A DNA stretch of 54,878 nucleotides from an uncultured bacterium (GCA_964650975.1 CAZYWA010000003.1:1-54878); one strand, 5' to 3'; counted from the stretch's first letter, positions 45,891 through 54,533 are shown. Numbers and translations are program-made. The notes: generated from the sequence alone by a model not told the origin.

Positions 45891-45910
45891 GGCTGCGGTC
45901 CCTCGCAGCC
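45891..45910 (+). repeat. GTCCCT-loop hairpin, copy 1 (stem GGCTGCG/CGCAGCC)
   Basis: ggctgcg-gtccct-cgcagcc. It is embedded in a 33-nt block (45882-45914) identical to 53187-53219. Confidence 0.85.
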
Positions 45911-45958
45911 GCAGGGGACGAGCTCGTCGATGAGCCGGAAAGAGGCTTCCGTTGGCGC

Positions 45959-45978
45959 GCCACCGGTCCCTCGGTGGC
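45959..45978 (+). repeat. GTCCCT-loop hairpin, copy 2 (stem GCCACCG/CGGTGGC)
   Basis: gccaccg-gtccct-cggtggc. It is the exact reverse complement of 54213-54232. Confidence 0.85.
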
Positions 45979-46048
45979 GAGGAGCCGATCGACCGCGCTG
46001 AGTGTCCGGGCGCGGGCCTGCTAGGCTCGCGGCGGGGAGCGCGCGCGG

Positions 46049-46759
46049 GTGAGCGAGCGGAAGTTCGATTCGAGCTACCGGGAATCGCTGACGCTCCGGG
46101 ACGGCGGCGAGGTCGAGCTGCGTCTGGTGCAGCGCGAGGACCGCGAGCTGCTGGAGCGCGGGTTCGAGAAGCTCTCCGATCGCTCGCGGTATCTGCGCTT
46201 CTTCACCGCGAAGCCGCACCTCACCGCGGCCGAGGTGAGCTACCTGACCGACGTCGACGGCGAGACCCACTTCGCGATCGGCGCCTCGCGCCGCGGCGCC
46301 AGCGGCGTGGAGGAGGGAGTGGCGGTCGCGCGTTTCATCCGCCTGCCGGTCGAGCCCGAGGTCGCGGAGGCGGCGGTCACGGTGCTCGACGAGATGCAGG
46401 GGAAGGGTCTGGGCAGTGTGCTGTTGCTGCGCCTCATCGCCGCGGCCCGCGAGCGCGGAGTGCGGGCGTTCCGCTGCTGGCTGCTCGCCGAGAACCGCGA
46501 CATGCAGGCGCTGATCCACGAGTGGTTGCCCGGCGCCCACGAGCGTCTGGAAGGAGCCGAGCTGGTGATCGACGCGCCGTTGCCGGAGGTCGGCCCGGCC
46601 GAGCCCACCAGCACGCGCCCCGTGGACCATCCGCTCTATCGCATGCTGCGCCACGCCGCTTCGGGAGCGGTGACGGTGCTCGGGCTCGGGCGATGGATTC
46701 CGGGAGCCCACCCGGCGCCCGAGACGGATCCGCCGGCCTCACGGTCGGGCGAGGGTTGA
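46049..46759 (+). CDS. GNAT-family N-acetyltransferase
   Basis: RYLRFF motif and acetyl-CoA loop EMQGKGLGSVLLLRLIAAARERGV (Q/RxxGxG/A). GTG start. Confidence 0.8.
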   Translation: MSERKFDSSYRESLTLRDGGEVELRLVQREDRELLERGFEKLSDRSRYLRFFTAKPHLTAAEVSYLTDVDGETHFAIGASRRGASGVEEGVAVARFIRLPVEPEVAEAAVTVLDEMQGKGLGSVLLLRLIAAARERGVRAFRCWLLAENRDMQALIHEWLPGAHERLEGAELVIDAPLPEVGPAEPTSTRPVDHPLYRMLRHAASGAVTVLGLGRWIPGAHPAPETDPPASRSGEG

Positions 46760-46837
46760 GCCGCTCGATGCGTGGTGTAGGATTCGCGCACGGCGGTCAC
46801 CTACCGGCAGGCAGGTAGGCGTCGACGGGGGGCGAGG

Positions 46838-48361
46838 ATGGCGCTCGATCGATCCGTGCAAGCGCTTGGCGCGGCCGCGCTCCTCGCGACGGTCCTTAGC
46901 AGTTGCGGCGATTCCTCGGGAGGCGCTCATCCCGGTGGGGGCGGCGGGCCGTACGGCAGCGCTTATCTCGCCGAGGATCCGCAAGAACCGGGCGACCCGG
47001 TGGCGGGCCGCGACACGCTGCTCAACGGCGCCTACATGACGTGCGGGATCCCGTTCAAGATCGTGGGCAATCCGCTGGTCGCGCCGTTCCTGCAGACCTC
47101 GTCCGGCGACGCGGCGAAGCCGGTGGCCGGACGCAACGCGCACAACCGCCGGCTTCCCAACTCGCTCAACGCGTTCACGGCGCCCAACGGCGCCGAGGTG
47201 GTGAACTCGAACTGCCTCACCTGTCACGGCGGCGTCTTCGACGGCCAGTTCATCGTGGGGCTCGGCAATCCGGCCACCGACTGGACGTTCCACCTCGACA
47301 TGCCGTCCACGGACCTGCCGCCCAGCCCGCTCGACCTGCTGGGGCTCGACGCCGCGGAGCAGGAGAATCTCGACCGCATGTTCCACGCCGCGCGAGCGCT
47401 CTCCGCGACCTGGATGCGCACCGTCGGCAACAACCCGGCGGAGATCACCGCCGTGGTGCTGATGGCGCATCACGACCGCGAGACGCTGGCCTGGAGCGAC
47501 GAGCTGCTGACACCCCTCGAGCCGCGCGACGCCAACGGCCAGCCGATGTCGCTCGACCAAGCGCGCGTCACGTCGGACCCGCCGCCCTGGTGGCGCGCCC
47601 ACAAGAAGCACGCGCTCTTCTACAACGGCATGGCGCGCGGCGATCACCGCGGCACCATGGCGCTCGCCACCTCGGTGTGCGTCGACGACGTGCCGCAGGC
47701 GCGGCGCGTCGACGGCATGTTCAAGGACATCCAGGCCTTCATCAACACCATCCAGGCTCCGCATTATCCGCGCGCCATCGATCACGATCTGGCTGGAGAG
47801 GGAAGGGCGATCTTCGAGCAGAGCTGCTCGACCTGTCACGGCACCTACGCCAACGATCCCGACGACGACGCTCACGACACCTATCCCAATTTGCTCTTCC
47901 CGCTAGACGTGATCGGCACCGATCCGGTGGTCGCGAACGCGGGCGTGATCCACGCTCCCGAGCTGGTGAGCTGGTACAACAGCTCGTTCTACGGCTCGAT
48001 CACCCGCATGACTCCCGACGATCCGTTTCCCGGCTACATGGCGCCGCCGCTCGACGGCATCTGGGCCACCGCGCCGTATTTCCACAACGGCTCGGTTCCC
48101 ACCGTGGAGCTGGTGCTCAACAGCACTGCGCGGCCGAAATACTGGAAGCGCGTCGACTACGACACCACCCACTACGACGAGGAGGCGCTCGGCTGGCCGT
48201 GGGTGTCGGTGCCTTACTCGCAGGCCGAGGCACCTGACTCCGAGAAGAAGTACATCTACGACACCACCTACTGGAGCCAGTCGAACGGCGGCCACACCTT
48301 CGGCGACCGGCTGACTCCGGACCAGCGCCGCGCGGTGATCGAGTATTTGAAGACGCTGTGA
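46838..48361 (+). CDS. di-haem c-type cytochrome lipoprotein (cytochrome c peroxidase/MauG-like)
   Basis: Lipobox LLATVLSSCG. Two CxxCH sites (NCLTCHGG, SCSTCHGT). PPLDGIWATAPYFHNGSVPTVELVL resembles the conserved PY.HNG block of di-haem peroxidases. Confidence 0.65.
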   Translation: MALDRSVQALGAAALLATVLSSCGDSSGGAHPGGGGGPYGSAYLAEDPQEPGDPVAGRDTLLNGAYMTCGIPFKIVGNPLVAPFLQTSSGDAAKPVAGRNAHNRRLPNSLNAFTAPNGAEVVNSNCLTCHGGVFDGQFIVGLGNPATDWTFHLDMPSTDLPPSPLDLLGLDAAEQENLDRMFHAARALSATWMRTVGNNPAEITAVVLMAHHDRETLAWSDELLTPLEPRDANGQPMSLDQARVTSDPPPWWRAHKKHALFYNGMARGDHRGTMALATSVCVDDVPQARRVDGMFKDIQAFINTIQAPHYPRAIDHDLAGEGRAIFEQSCSTCHGTYANDPDDDAHDTYPNLLFPLDVIGTDPVVANAGVIHAPELVSWYNSSFYGSITRMTPDDPFPGYMAPPLDGIWATAPYFHNGSVPTVELVLNSTARPKYWKRVDYDTTHYDEEALGWPWVSVPYSQAEAPDSEKKYIYDTTYWSQSNGGHTFGDRLTPDQRRAVIEYLKTL

Positions 48362-48395
48362 CGCGGGCGAGCCCCGGATTCCCGCGCCCTGCGTC
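48360..48395 (+). terminator. bulged hairpin immediately after the cytochrome gene
   Basis: GACGCGGGCG-(loop)-CGCCC(t)GCGTC overlaps the stop codon and is followed by tggtttc. Confidence 0.35.
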
Positions 48396-48407
48396 TGGTT
48401 TCACCGC

Positions 48408-48445
48408 GGAAATGGGGATATTTCGCGGGAAATGCCGCGATTTCC
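48408..48445. promoter_or_regulatory. two tandem GGAAAT-N6-ATTTC(C) palindromes (candidate operator) in a low-GC intergenic region
   Basis: GGAAAT ggggat ATTTC (48408-48424) and GGAAAT gccgcg ATTTCC (48428-48445), 20 nt centre to centre. Further TGAAATCGAT repeats at 48454 and 48478 include the perfect palindrome AAATCGATTT. Confidence 0.5.
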
Positions 48446-48567
48446 GCGTTGTGTGAAATCGATTTGTTACACCCAAATGAAATCGATCCGTGACGAAATG
48501 TGGTGGCGATGAGTGACGCATCGCGCTGCCACGTAGTAACCGACGGACGAGGACGCCGGAGGGCGCC

Positions 48568-49008
48568 GTGACCGAGGTCATCGGGCTCGATCACCTCTAC
48601 CTGACGGTCTCCGATCTGGCGGTCTCGGAGCGCTTCTACGACCGGGTGTGCTGCTCGGTGCTGGGCTTCCGCAAGAACGCGTTTCCCATCGACGGCGATC
48701 CACACGTCCAGTACTTCAATCGCCACTTCGGGATCGTGCTGCGGCCGGCGCGCCGCGCGGCGGCTCACGATCCTTACTCGCCTGGGCTCCATCACCTGTG
48801 CCTGCGCGTCGAGAGCGCCGACGACGTGCACGCGGCGGCGCGCGCCCTGCGCGAGGCCGGGGTGGACGCAAGCGAGCCGCGCGTCTATCCCGAGTACGCG
48901 CGGGACTACGTCGCGACGTTCTTCTCCGACCCCGACGGCATCCGCCTCGAGATCACCAACTACCGCGCCGAGCGCCGTCGCAGGCACGACCACTGGCCGA
49001 GCGAGTGA
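48568..49008 (+). CDS. VOC (glyoxalase/bleomycin-resistance/dioxygenase) family protein
   Basis: VIGLDHLYLTVSDLAVSERFY.., PGLHHLCLRV, FFSDPDGIRLEI, a typical paired beta-alpha-beta-beta-beta module. GTG start. Confidence 0.85.
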   Translation: MTEVIGLDHLYLTVSDLAVSERFYDRVCCSVLGFRKNAFPIDGDPHVQYFNRHFGIVLRPARRAAAHDPYSPGLHHLCLRVESADDVHAAARALREAGVDASEPRVYPEYARDYVATFFSDPDGIRLEITNYRAERRRRHDHWPSE

Positions 49009-49016
49009 AGGAGCGC

Positions 49017-49970
49017 ATGGGACTCTTCGATCGATTCCGGTCCGGGAAAAGCGAAGCGGAGCCCAAGCTCGCGGTGCCGTCGTGGGCGTCGTTCTTCGAT
49101 GCGGAGGAGTACCGCGAGTTCCTCGAGGACGTGCGGCGGTCGCTCGCCGCTCCCGGCACCACGCTCGAGTTCGGCGACGGTGTCGTGATGGTCACGCGCA
49201 ACGGCTCCACGACCCGGTGTGGGCTACAGAACCTCGCACAGCGCTGCCGCGCGACTCCTCGGCCGAAGTGGCCGCAGGCGATGACCGACCACTTCCGCAC
49301 CAGCGCCCCGTCGCAGGCGAGCCTGGACGAGTTCCGCGAGCGGATCCGCGACTTCGCAAACGTCCGCGAGATCCTCAAGCTCAGGATCTACCCCCACGAG
49401 TACGTCGAGCAGGGGATCGACGTCGTCCACTGGTATCTGGCGCCCGGGCTCGTGGCGGTGCTGACCTACGACCTCCCCGAGACGGTGGCCACCGTGCACG
49501 TCGAGCACCCCAAGAGCTGGCCGCTCGACCGGGACGGCCTCTACCAGCTGGGCCTCGAGAATCTCGCCCACGAGCGCCTCGCGGCGCTCGAGCAGGTGAA
49601 GGTGAAAGGCACGATCGAGTTCACCGTGCTGGGCGGCGAGAGCTTCTTCACGTCGAGCCAGGTGCTGCGTCTCGACGAGCTGATGACCTCCCTTCCGTCG
49701 CAGGGCGCGATCGTCGCGCTGCCTCACCGTCACGCGCTCATGGCTTTCCCGATTCGCGACGGGTCGGTGGGCGTGGCGATTCCGCTGATGGCGCAGATGG
49801 CGGCGGGGATGTACAAGAAAGGCCCGGGCTCGGTCACCCCGAACGTCTACTGGTGGCGCGAGGAGCGACTGGTTCACATTCCGGTGTCGATCGGACCGAA
49901 GGAGATCGCGGTGATTCCGCCGCTCGAATTCGCCGACATGCTCGGCACACTCGGTCGCCTGCCGGTCTGA
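49017..49970 (+). CDS. hypothetical protein (no family recognised)
   Basis: ATG 49017 preceded by GAAGGAG. High third-position GC and non-artefactual composition (MGLFDRFRSGKSEAEPKLAVPSWASFFDAEEYREFLEDVRR..). Confidence 0.65.
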   Translation: MGLFDRFRSGKSEAEPKLAVPSWASFFDAEEYREFLEDVRRSLAAPGTTLEFGDGVVMVTRNGSTTRCGLQNLAQRCRATPRPKWPQAMTDHFRTSAPSQASLDEFRERIRDFANVREILKLRIYPHEYVEQGIDVVHWYLAPGLVAVLTYDLPETVATVHVEHPKSWPLDRDGLYQLGLENLAHERLAALEQVKVKGTIEFTVLGGESFFTSSQVLRLDELMTSLPSQGAIVALPHRHALMAFPIRDGSVGVAIPLMAQMAAGMYKKGPGSVTPNVYWWREERLVHIPVSIGPKEIAVIPPLEFADMLGTLGRLPV

Positions 49971-50073
49971 TCGCCGCGCCGTTCGTCATGAGTGCCGAGC
50001 GCCCCACCGGACCGAGCACCACGCCCACGGCGCCGGTGGCCGCTTAGCTCGAAGGCCGCTGGCGCCGCCGCGG

Positions 50074-50268
50074 GTGTCGCTCGCTGATCGCGCCGGCTTG
50101 GTGGCGGTCGCGGTGGTCATGGTGTTCTTGGTGCTTCTCTATGCCGCGACCGTGGCGGGTGTCGCGGCGGCGCTCGCCTGGCACGCGGTGAACGGGCGGG
50201 GGTATTCGTGGCGCTGGTGGCGCCGCTCACGATGGGTCGCGCGCGGGGTGCTCAGGCGAGCGAGCTGA
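50074..50268 (+). CDS. possible small membrane protein (64 aa)
   Basis: One hydrophobic helix (LVAVAVVMVFLVLLYAATVAGVAAALAW) followed by a Trp/Arg-rich tail, with high GC3. No homology recognised. Confidence 0.25.
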   Translation: MSLADRAGLVAVAVVMVFLVLLYAATVAGVAAALAWHAVNGRGYSWRWWRRSRWVARGVLRRAS

Positions 50269-50466
50269 CCGCCCGGGTGCAGCGCGATCGCGTGACCTTC
50301 GAGGCGCAGATCGCCGCGGCGGAGGCCGGAGATCGACAGCGCAAGTCGGCCTGGTGGCGCTCGGTCCGGCGGCGCAGATCCGACGCCGGCAAGTCGAGGA
50401 CCGGTTCATGTCGATGACGAATCCCCTGGGAGACCCCGCCTCGGCGGCCCGCTCGCCTCGCAGCGG

Positions 50467-50679
50467 GTGCCCTCGATCCCGATGGTCGACGACGTGAAAG
50501 GCGTGGCGCAGGCGGTTCGCGAGATCCGCCTCCGTCTCGTCGCGTTCCGGACCCGGCTCATCGGCGAGCTGGTGCCGATCGCGGAAGCGGTGGAGCAGGC
50601 CCTGGGCTTCGACGCGGCGCCCGAGGCCGATGACGGCGACGCCGAGCCGGTCGAGCCAGATTCGCTCGCACCAGCGTGA
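50467..50679 (+). CDS. possible small acidic protein (about 65-70 aa)
   Basis: High GC3 and plausible helical sequence (VAQAVREIRLRLVAFRTRLIGELVPIAEAVEQAL) with an acidic tail. Its stop overlaps GTG 50676 of the next ORF as GTGA. Confidence 0.3.
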   Translation: MPSIPMVDDVKGVAQAVREIRLRLVAFRTRLIGELVPIAEAVEQALGFDAAPEADDGDAEPVEPDSLAPA

Positions 50680-51275
50680 AACGCTACGATGGGCCGACCA
50701 TGAGCGAGCCTGTCCGTCACCACCGCTACACGTTTCGCGAATACGTCGAGCTCGAGGAACGCGCGAACGTCCGGCACGAGTTTTTGGACGGCGAGATCTG
50801 TGCGATGGCGGGCGGCACGCCTGAGCACGCCGCGCTTTCGATGGCGGTTGGCGGTGCTCTCTTGAATTCGCTCCGAGGTAGCAACTGCCGGGTTTTCAGC
50901 TCGGACTTGAGCGTCCGGGTGCAGGCGACCGGACTCGCCACCTATCCAGACGTTTCGGTGGTGTGCGGCGACCTGGCGCGAGATCCCGAGAGCGCGGTCA
51001 CGATCACCAATCCGAAGCTGGTGGTCGAGGTAACGAGCGACAGCACCGAGAGCTACGAGCGCGGTGAAAAGCTGGCGCACTACCACAAGATCCCTTCCCT
51101 CGACGCGGTGCTGATCGTGTCGCACCGAGAGCGCCGTCTCGACCTGTGGTCTCGTGGAGCGGACGGTGCCTTCTCTTCGGTCACGGCGCTCGGGGGTGCG
51201 TCGGTTTCGATTCCCTCGATCGGCACGACCCTCGACGTCGACCTGCTCTACGGCGATCTGCTGAAGCTCGCGTAG
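50676..51275 (+). CDS. Uma2-family (DUF820) PD-(D/E)xK endonuclease-like protein
   Basis: YTFREYVELEERANVRHEFLDGEICAMAGGTPEHAAL, YPDVSVVCG, PKLVVEVTSDST..EKLAHY match the Uma2 pattern (D..EVxS/K). ATG 50700 (MSEPVRHHRYTF) is the alternative and perhaps better start. Confidence 0.8.
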   Translation: MKRYDGPTMSEPVRHHRYTFREYVELEERANVRHEFLDGEICAMAGGTPEHAALSMAVGGALLNSLRGSNCRVFSSDLSVRVQATGLATYPDVSVVCGDLARDPESAVTITNPKLVVEVTSDSTESYERGEKLAHYHKIPSLDAVLIVSHRERRLDLWSRGADGAFSSVTALGGASVSIPSIGTTLDVDLLYGDLLKLA

Positions 51276-51323
51276 CGCGCAGCTCTTCCGCGGGGCGACT
51301 GCATCGGCCAGATTTCCGCCGCC

Positions 51324-51968
51324 ATGGTGTGCGGCACGTTTCGGCGCTGGCTCGCTGGCCCCCAGATGTGGGAGCGCGAGATTCGTGCCTTCGAGCGGGC
51401 CGATCGGCGCGATCCTCCCCGGCCCGGCCAGATCCTCTTCACGGGCAGCTCGAGCATCCGCTTCTGGTCCTCGCTCGCCGACGACATGCGCCCTCTCGCG
51501 GTGGTGAATCGCGGCTTCGGCGGCGCTCACGCGGCGCACGTCACGCACTTTGCACCCCGCATCGTGTTCCCGCAGCGGCCGCGCGCCATCGTGCTCTACG
51601 CCGGCGACAACGACCTCGGCCGGCTGAGCCCGCGCACGCCGCGCACGGTGGTCGAGGACTTCCGCGCGTTTCGCGAAGCCGTGCGTGCGCGGCTGGGCGA
51701 GGTACCGCTCTACGTGCTGTCGATCAAGCCGACGCCGCTTCGCGAGCGGCAATGGCCGCGGATGGAGCAGGCCAACGAAGGGCTCGCGGCCTTCGCGGAG
51801 CAGGAGAAGAACGTGCACTTCGTCGACGTGTCGTCACCGATGTTCGACCAACGCGGCCGGCCGCGCCGCGACCTCTATCGCTGGGATGGCTTGCACCTGA
51901 ATGACGCCGGCTACCGGTTGTGGACTGGCATCGTGAAGCCTCGATTGGTCGCGGATCTCGGCACGTGA
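51324..51968 (+). CDS. SGNH/GDSL-family hydrolase
   Basis: ILFTGSSSIRFW (block I Ser), NRGFGG (block II), YAGDNDL (block III), DGLHLNDAGY (block V Asp-x-x-His). Confidence 0.85.
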   Translation: MVCGTFRRWLAGPQMWEREIRAFERADRRDPPRPGQILFTGSSSIRFWSSLADDMRPLAVVNRGFGGAHAAHVTHFAPRIVFPQRPRAIVLYAGDNDLGRLSPRTPRTVVEDFRAFREAVRARLGEVPLYVLSIKPTPLRERQWPRMEQANEGLAAFAEQEKNVHFVDVSSPMFDQRGRPRRDLYRWDGLHLNDAGYRLWTGIVKPRLVADLGT

Positions 51969-53116
51969 GCCTCCACCAGCCCACCGTCGACGAGCTCTTC
52001 GAGTCGGCCGCCACGTTCGTCGGCGCGGGCAAGCTGCCGTCGTTGCAGCTCGCGGTCGCTCGCGACGGCGCCGTGGTCGCGAGGCGGGCCTTCGGCCGCG
52101 CTCGCTCGGGCGACGCCGTGCGCGACGCCGACGACGCGACGCTCTACAACGCGTTCTCGGCCACCAAGGCGATCGTGTCGTCGGCTGTATGGCTGCTCTG
52201 GCAGGACGGCAAGCTCGACTTCGCCGAGCCGGCGGCGAACGCGATCCCGGAATTCGCGACCAACGGCAAGGAAGCGGTCACCATCCAGCACTTGCTGACG
52301 CACACCGCCGGCTTCCCCATGGCTCCGTTCTCGCCGCTCGACTGGGACGATCGCGAGCGACGGCTCGAACGATTCCGCCGCTGGCGCCTCGACTGGGAGC
52401 CGGGCAGCCGTTTCGTCTACCACCCGACGGCCACGTTTTGGGTGCTCGCGGAGGTGATCGAGCGCCGCGCCGGCATGGATTTCCGCGCGTTCGTGCGCGA
52501 GCGGATCCTGACGGCGCTCGGTCTCGACCGGCTCTTTCTCGGCCTTCCAGCCGAGCAGAATGCACGCGTGGCCGACATCGAGTACGTGGGCGAGCCGCCC
52601 GATCGCGAGCGGCTGCGCGACCTCGGCATCTCGCCGATCCTCACCGACGACGAGAAGTACTTCGTGGCCTACAACCGGCCCGAGATCCGCGCCGTCGGCG
52701 GACCGGGCAGCGGCGCCGTGACCAGCGCCTCGTCGCTGGCGCTCTTCTATCAGGGACTGCTCCACGATCTCGTCGCTCCCGACGGCGAGCACCGCGTGTG
52801 GCGCCCGGCGACCATCGCCAGGGCGCTCGAGGTCGTGACCGGCCACCTGATCGATCCCATGACGCGGCGCCCGGCGCATCGCGGACTCGGTGTGACGATC
52901 GCCGGCGATCATGAGCGCGTCTACCGGAGCTTCGGCTCGGCCAACTCGCCGCGCGCCTTCGGCCACGCGGGCGCCGGCGGCCAGATCGCCTGGGCCGATC
53001 CAGAGAGCGGTCTTTCGTTCGTGTGCCTGACCGACGGTTTCGATCGCGACGTGATCCGGCTCGGCATGCGCGGCGTGGTGCTGTCCTCGCTCGCGGCGTC
53101 GTGCGTCGCGAGCTGA
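51965..53116 (+). CDS. serine hydrolase, beta-lactamase/esterase (class C-like) family
   Basis: SxxK nucleophile FSATKAIVSSAVWLL, YHP (Tyr block), HAGAGGQIAWADP (KTG-equivalent region). The GTG start overlaps the SGNH stop as GTGA. Confidence 0.8.
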   Translation: MSLHQPTVDELFESAATFVGAGKLPSLQLAVARDGAVVARRAFGRARSGDAVRDADDATLYNAFSATKAIVSSAVWLLWQDGKLDFAEPAANAIPEFATNGKEAVTIQHLLTHTAGFPMAPFSPLDWDDRERRLERFRRWRLDWEPGSRFVYHPTATFWVLAEVIERRAGMDFRAFVRERILTALGLDRLFLGLPAEQNARVADIEYVGEPPDRERLRDLGISPILTDDEKYFVAYNRPEIRAVGGPGSGAVTSASSLALFYQGLLHDLVAPDGEHRVWRPATIARALEVVTGHLIDPMTRRPAHRGLGVTIAGDHERVYRSFGSANSPRAFGHAGAGGQIAWADPESGLSFVCLTDGFDRDVIRLGMRGVVLSSLAASCVAS

Positions 53117-53127
53117 GCGAGGAACCG

Positions 53128-54195
53128 ATGGCGACAAAGACGGCGGCGGCGCGACCGAAGCGGAGCGGCGCGAAAGCCAAAGCTCGCAGTCGGAGGGCTG
53201 CGGTCCCTCGCAGCCGCAGCACTTCATCGCGATCGAGCGCCGCGGACGCGAAGGACCGCGTCCCGCCGAGGACGAGGGACCAGGTCCATCGAAAGACGAA
53301 GGAGCGCGCGCGCCCGAAGAAACGCGTCGGCCTGGTCGACGCCTGGGCCGACGCGATCCGCCGCGAGGTCGCGCGCCCCGCGTTCCAGCGCGATCCCGAG
53401 TTCCTGAAGAAGCTCCTGCCGCTGATGGAGCTGTGGGGCCGCTACTTCGATGCCGAGGTGCGCGGCTGGGAGAACGTGCCGTCGAAGGGGCCGATGATGC
53501 TGGTCGGCAACCACTCGGGCGGAATGCTCACTCCCGATACGTCGGCGGTGATGGCCGGCTGGTATCGCGAGCGCGGCCTCGACGAGCCGCTCATCGGCCT
53601 CGCGTTCGACTCGGCGTTCGGCATCCCCGGCTTCCGCGACCTGATGCGCAAGATCGGTCAGGTGCCGGCCAACTGGCAGAACGTCGGCAAGGCGCTCGAC
53701 GAGGGCGCCGCGGTGCTGGTCTATCCGGGCGGCGTCCACGAGGTGTACCGGCCGTGGAAGGATCGCGACAAAGTCGACTTCGGCGGGCACAAGGGCTTCA
53801 TCCGCGTGGTGCTCGAGAAGCGGGTGCCGGTGGTGCCGATCGTCGGCCACGGCGGGCACCACACGCTGATGGTGCTCACCCGCGGGGAAAAGCTCGCCAA
53901 GCTCTTCCGGATGGAGCGGCTGCGGATGAAGGAGTATCCGATCCTGCTGCAGATCCCGTGGGGAGTGTCGACACCGGCGTTCCCGGGAGTGCCGCTGCCC
54001 GCGAAAGTGACGGTGCAGATCCTGAAGCCCATCGACTGGCGGAAGCTGAGCCCGAAGGCGGCGCAGGATCCGGCGGTGATCGACCGCTGCTACGCCGAGA
54101 TCACCGGCAAGATGCAGCAGGCGATGGACGCGCTCGCGAAAGAAACGCCGCACCCGATCCGCGCGCGGCTCAAGCGGCTGGTCCGGCGAAGCTGA
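53128..54195 (+). CDS. LPLAT-superfamily acyltransferase (MGAT/DGAT2-like) with basic N-terminal tail
   Basis: MLVGNHSGGMLTPD, VLVYPGGVHEV, VPVVPIVGHGGHHT blocks. ATG 53128 (GAGG RBS) is the only canonical in-frame start upstream of the conserved region, which places hairpin copy 3 inside codons about 20-30. Confidence 0.75.
   Translation: MATKTAAARPKRSGAKAKARSRRAAVPRSRSTSSRSSAADAKDRVPPRTRDQVHRKTKERARPKKRVGLVDAWADAIRREVARPAFQRDPEFLKKLLPLMELWGRYFDAEVRGWENVPSKGPMMLVGNHSGGMLTPDTSAVMAGWYRERGLDEPLIGLAFDSAFGIPGFRDLMRKIGQVPANWQNVGKALDEGAAVLVYPGGVHEVYRPWKDRDKVDFGGHKGFIRVVLEKRVPVVPIVGHGGHHTLMVLTRGEKLAKLFRMERLRMKEYPILLQIPWGVSTPAFPGVPLPAKVTVQILKPIDWRKLSPKAAQDPAVIDRCYAEITGKMQQAMDALAKETPHPIRARLKRLVRRS
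53196..53215 (+). repeat. GTCCCT-loop hairpin, copy 3 (stem GGCTGCG/CGCAGCC), intragenic
   Basis: ggctgcg-gtccct-cgcagcc within the 33-nt block 53187-53219, identical to 45882-45914. Confidence 0.85.
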
Positions 54196-54212
54196 CCGCG
54201 ATCGCGCGTTTC

Positions 54213-54232
54213 GCCACCGAGGGACCGGTGGC
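54213..54232 (-). repeat. GTCCCT-loop hairpin, copy 4 (inverted; stem GCCACCG/CGGTGGC)
   Basis: The plus strand reads gccaccg-agggac-cggtggc. Confidence 0.85.
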
Positions 54233-54307
54233 GCCCCGGGGGAAGACGGCATTCCTGTGGAACGTGGCGTTCGGATCGCGAATCGCTGCCGCGATCGGCC
54301 GTTGGAG

Positions 54308-54329
54308 CGCGCGCGGTCCCTCGCGCGCG
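54308..54329 (+). repeat. GTCCCT-loop hairpin, copy 5 (stem CGCGCGCG)
   Basis: cgcgcgcg-gtccct-cgcgcgcg. The 5' flank ccgttgg(a)gcgc resembles the flank of copy 2. Confidence 0.8.
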
Positions 54330-54424
54330 AGCGTTCAACCGCCGTGAGCCCGGTCCGAGCGCGTCTCGAGGCGCGCCGGCGGCGGCACCCAACTGGCGCT
54401 GGTGATCGAAGGACCGGTCGCGTT

Positions 54425-54446
54425 CGACCGGACGTGCGTCCGGTCG
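54425..54446. repeat. perfect 22-nt palindrome
   Basis: cgaccggacg-tg-cgtccggtcg lies in the same hairpin-dense intergenic region. Confidence 0.8.
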
Positions 54447-54467
54447 ATGGACGCGATCGTGCGCTTC

Positions 54468-54487
54468 GGCTGCGAGGGACCGCAGCC
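54468..54487 (-). repeat. GTCCCT-loop hairpin, copy 6 (inverted; stem GGCTGCG/CGCAGCC)
   Basis: The plus strand reads ggctgcg-agggac-cgcagcc. 54464-54493 is the reverse complement of the 33-nt block with one mismatch over 30 nt. Confidence 0.85.
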
Positions 54488-54513
54488 CTCCGAAGGCTGC
54501 TTGCTGTTCGGAG

Positions 54514-54533
54514 GGACGCGGTCCCTCGCGTCC
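54514..54533 (+). repeat. GTCCCT-loop hairpin, copy 7 (stem GGACGCG/CGCGTCC)
   Basis: ggacgcg-gtccct-cgcgtcc. Relative to copies 1/3 the stem carries paired (compensatory) substitutions CT>AC and AG>GT. It ends 6 nt from the stop of the convergent gene. Confidence 0.85.

Noticed and set aside
50676-51275. Uma2 nuclease-fold gene, slightly lower local GC and small ORFs considered as a mobile element or defence island
   Set aside because: There is no integrase, transposase, terminal repeats, tRNA target or recognised defence-system partner genes in the neighbourhood. Uma2 genes are common stand-alone chromosomal genes.
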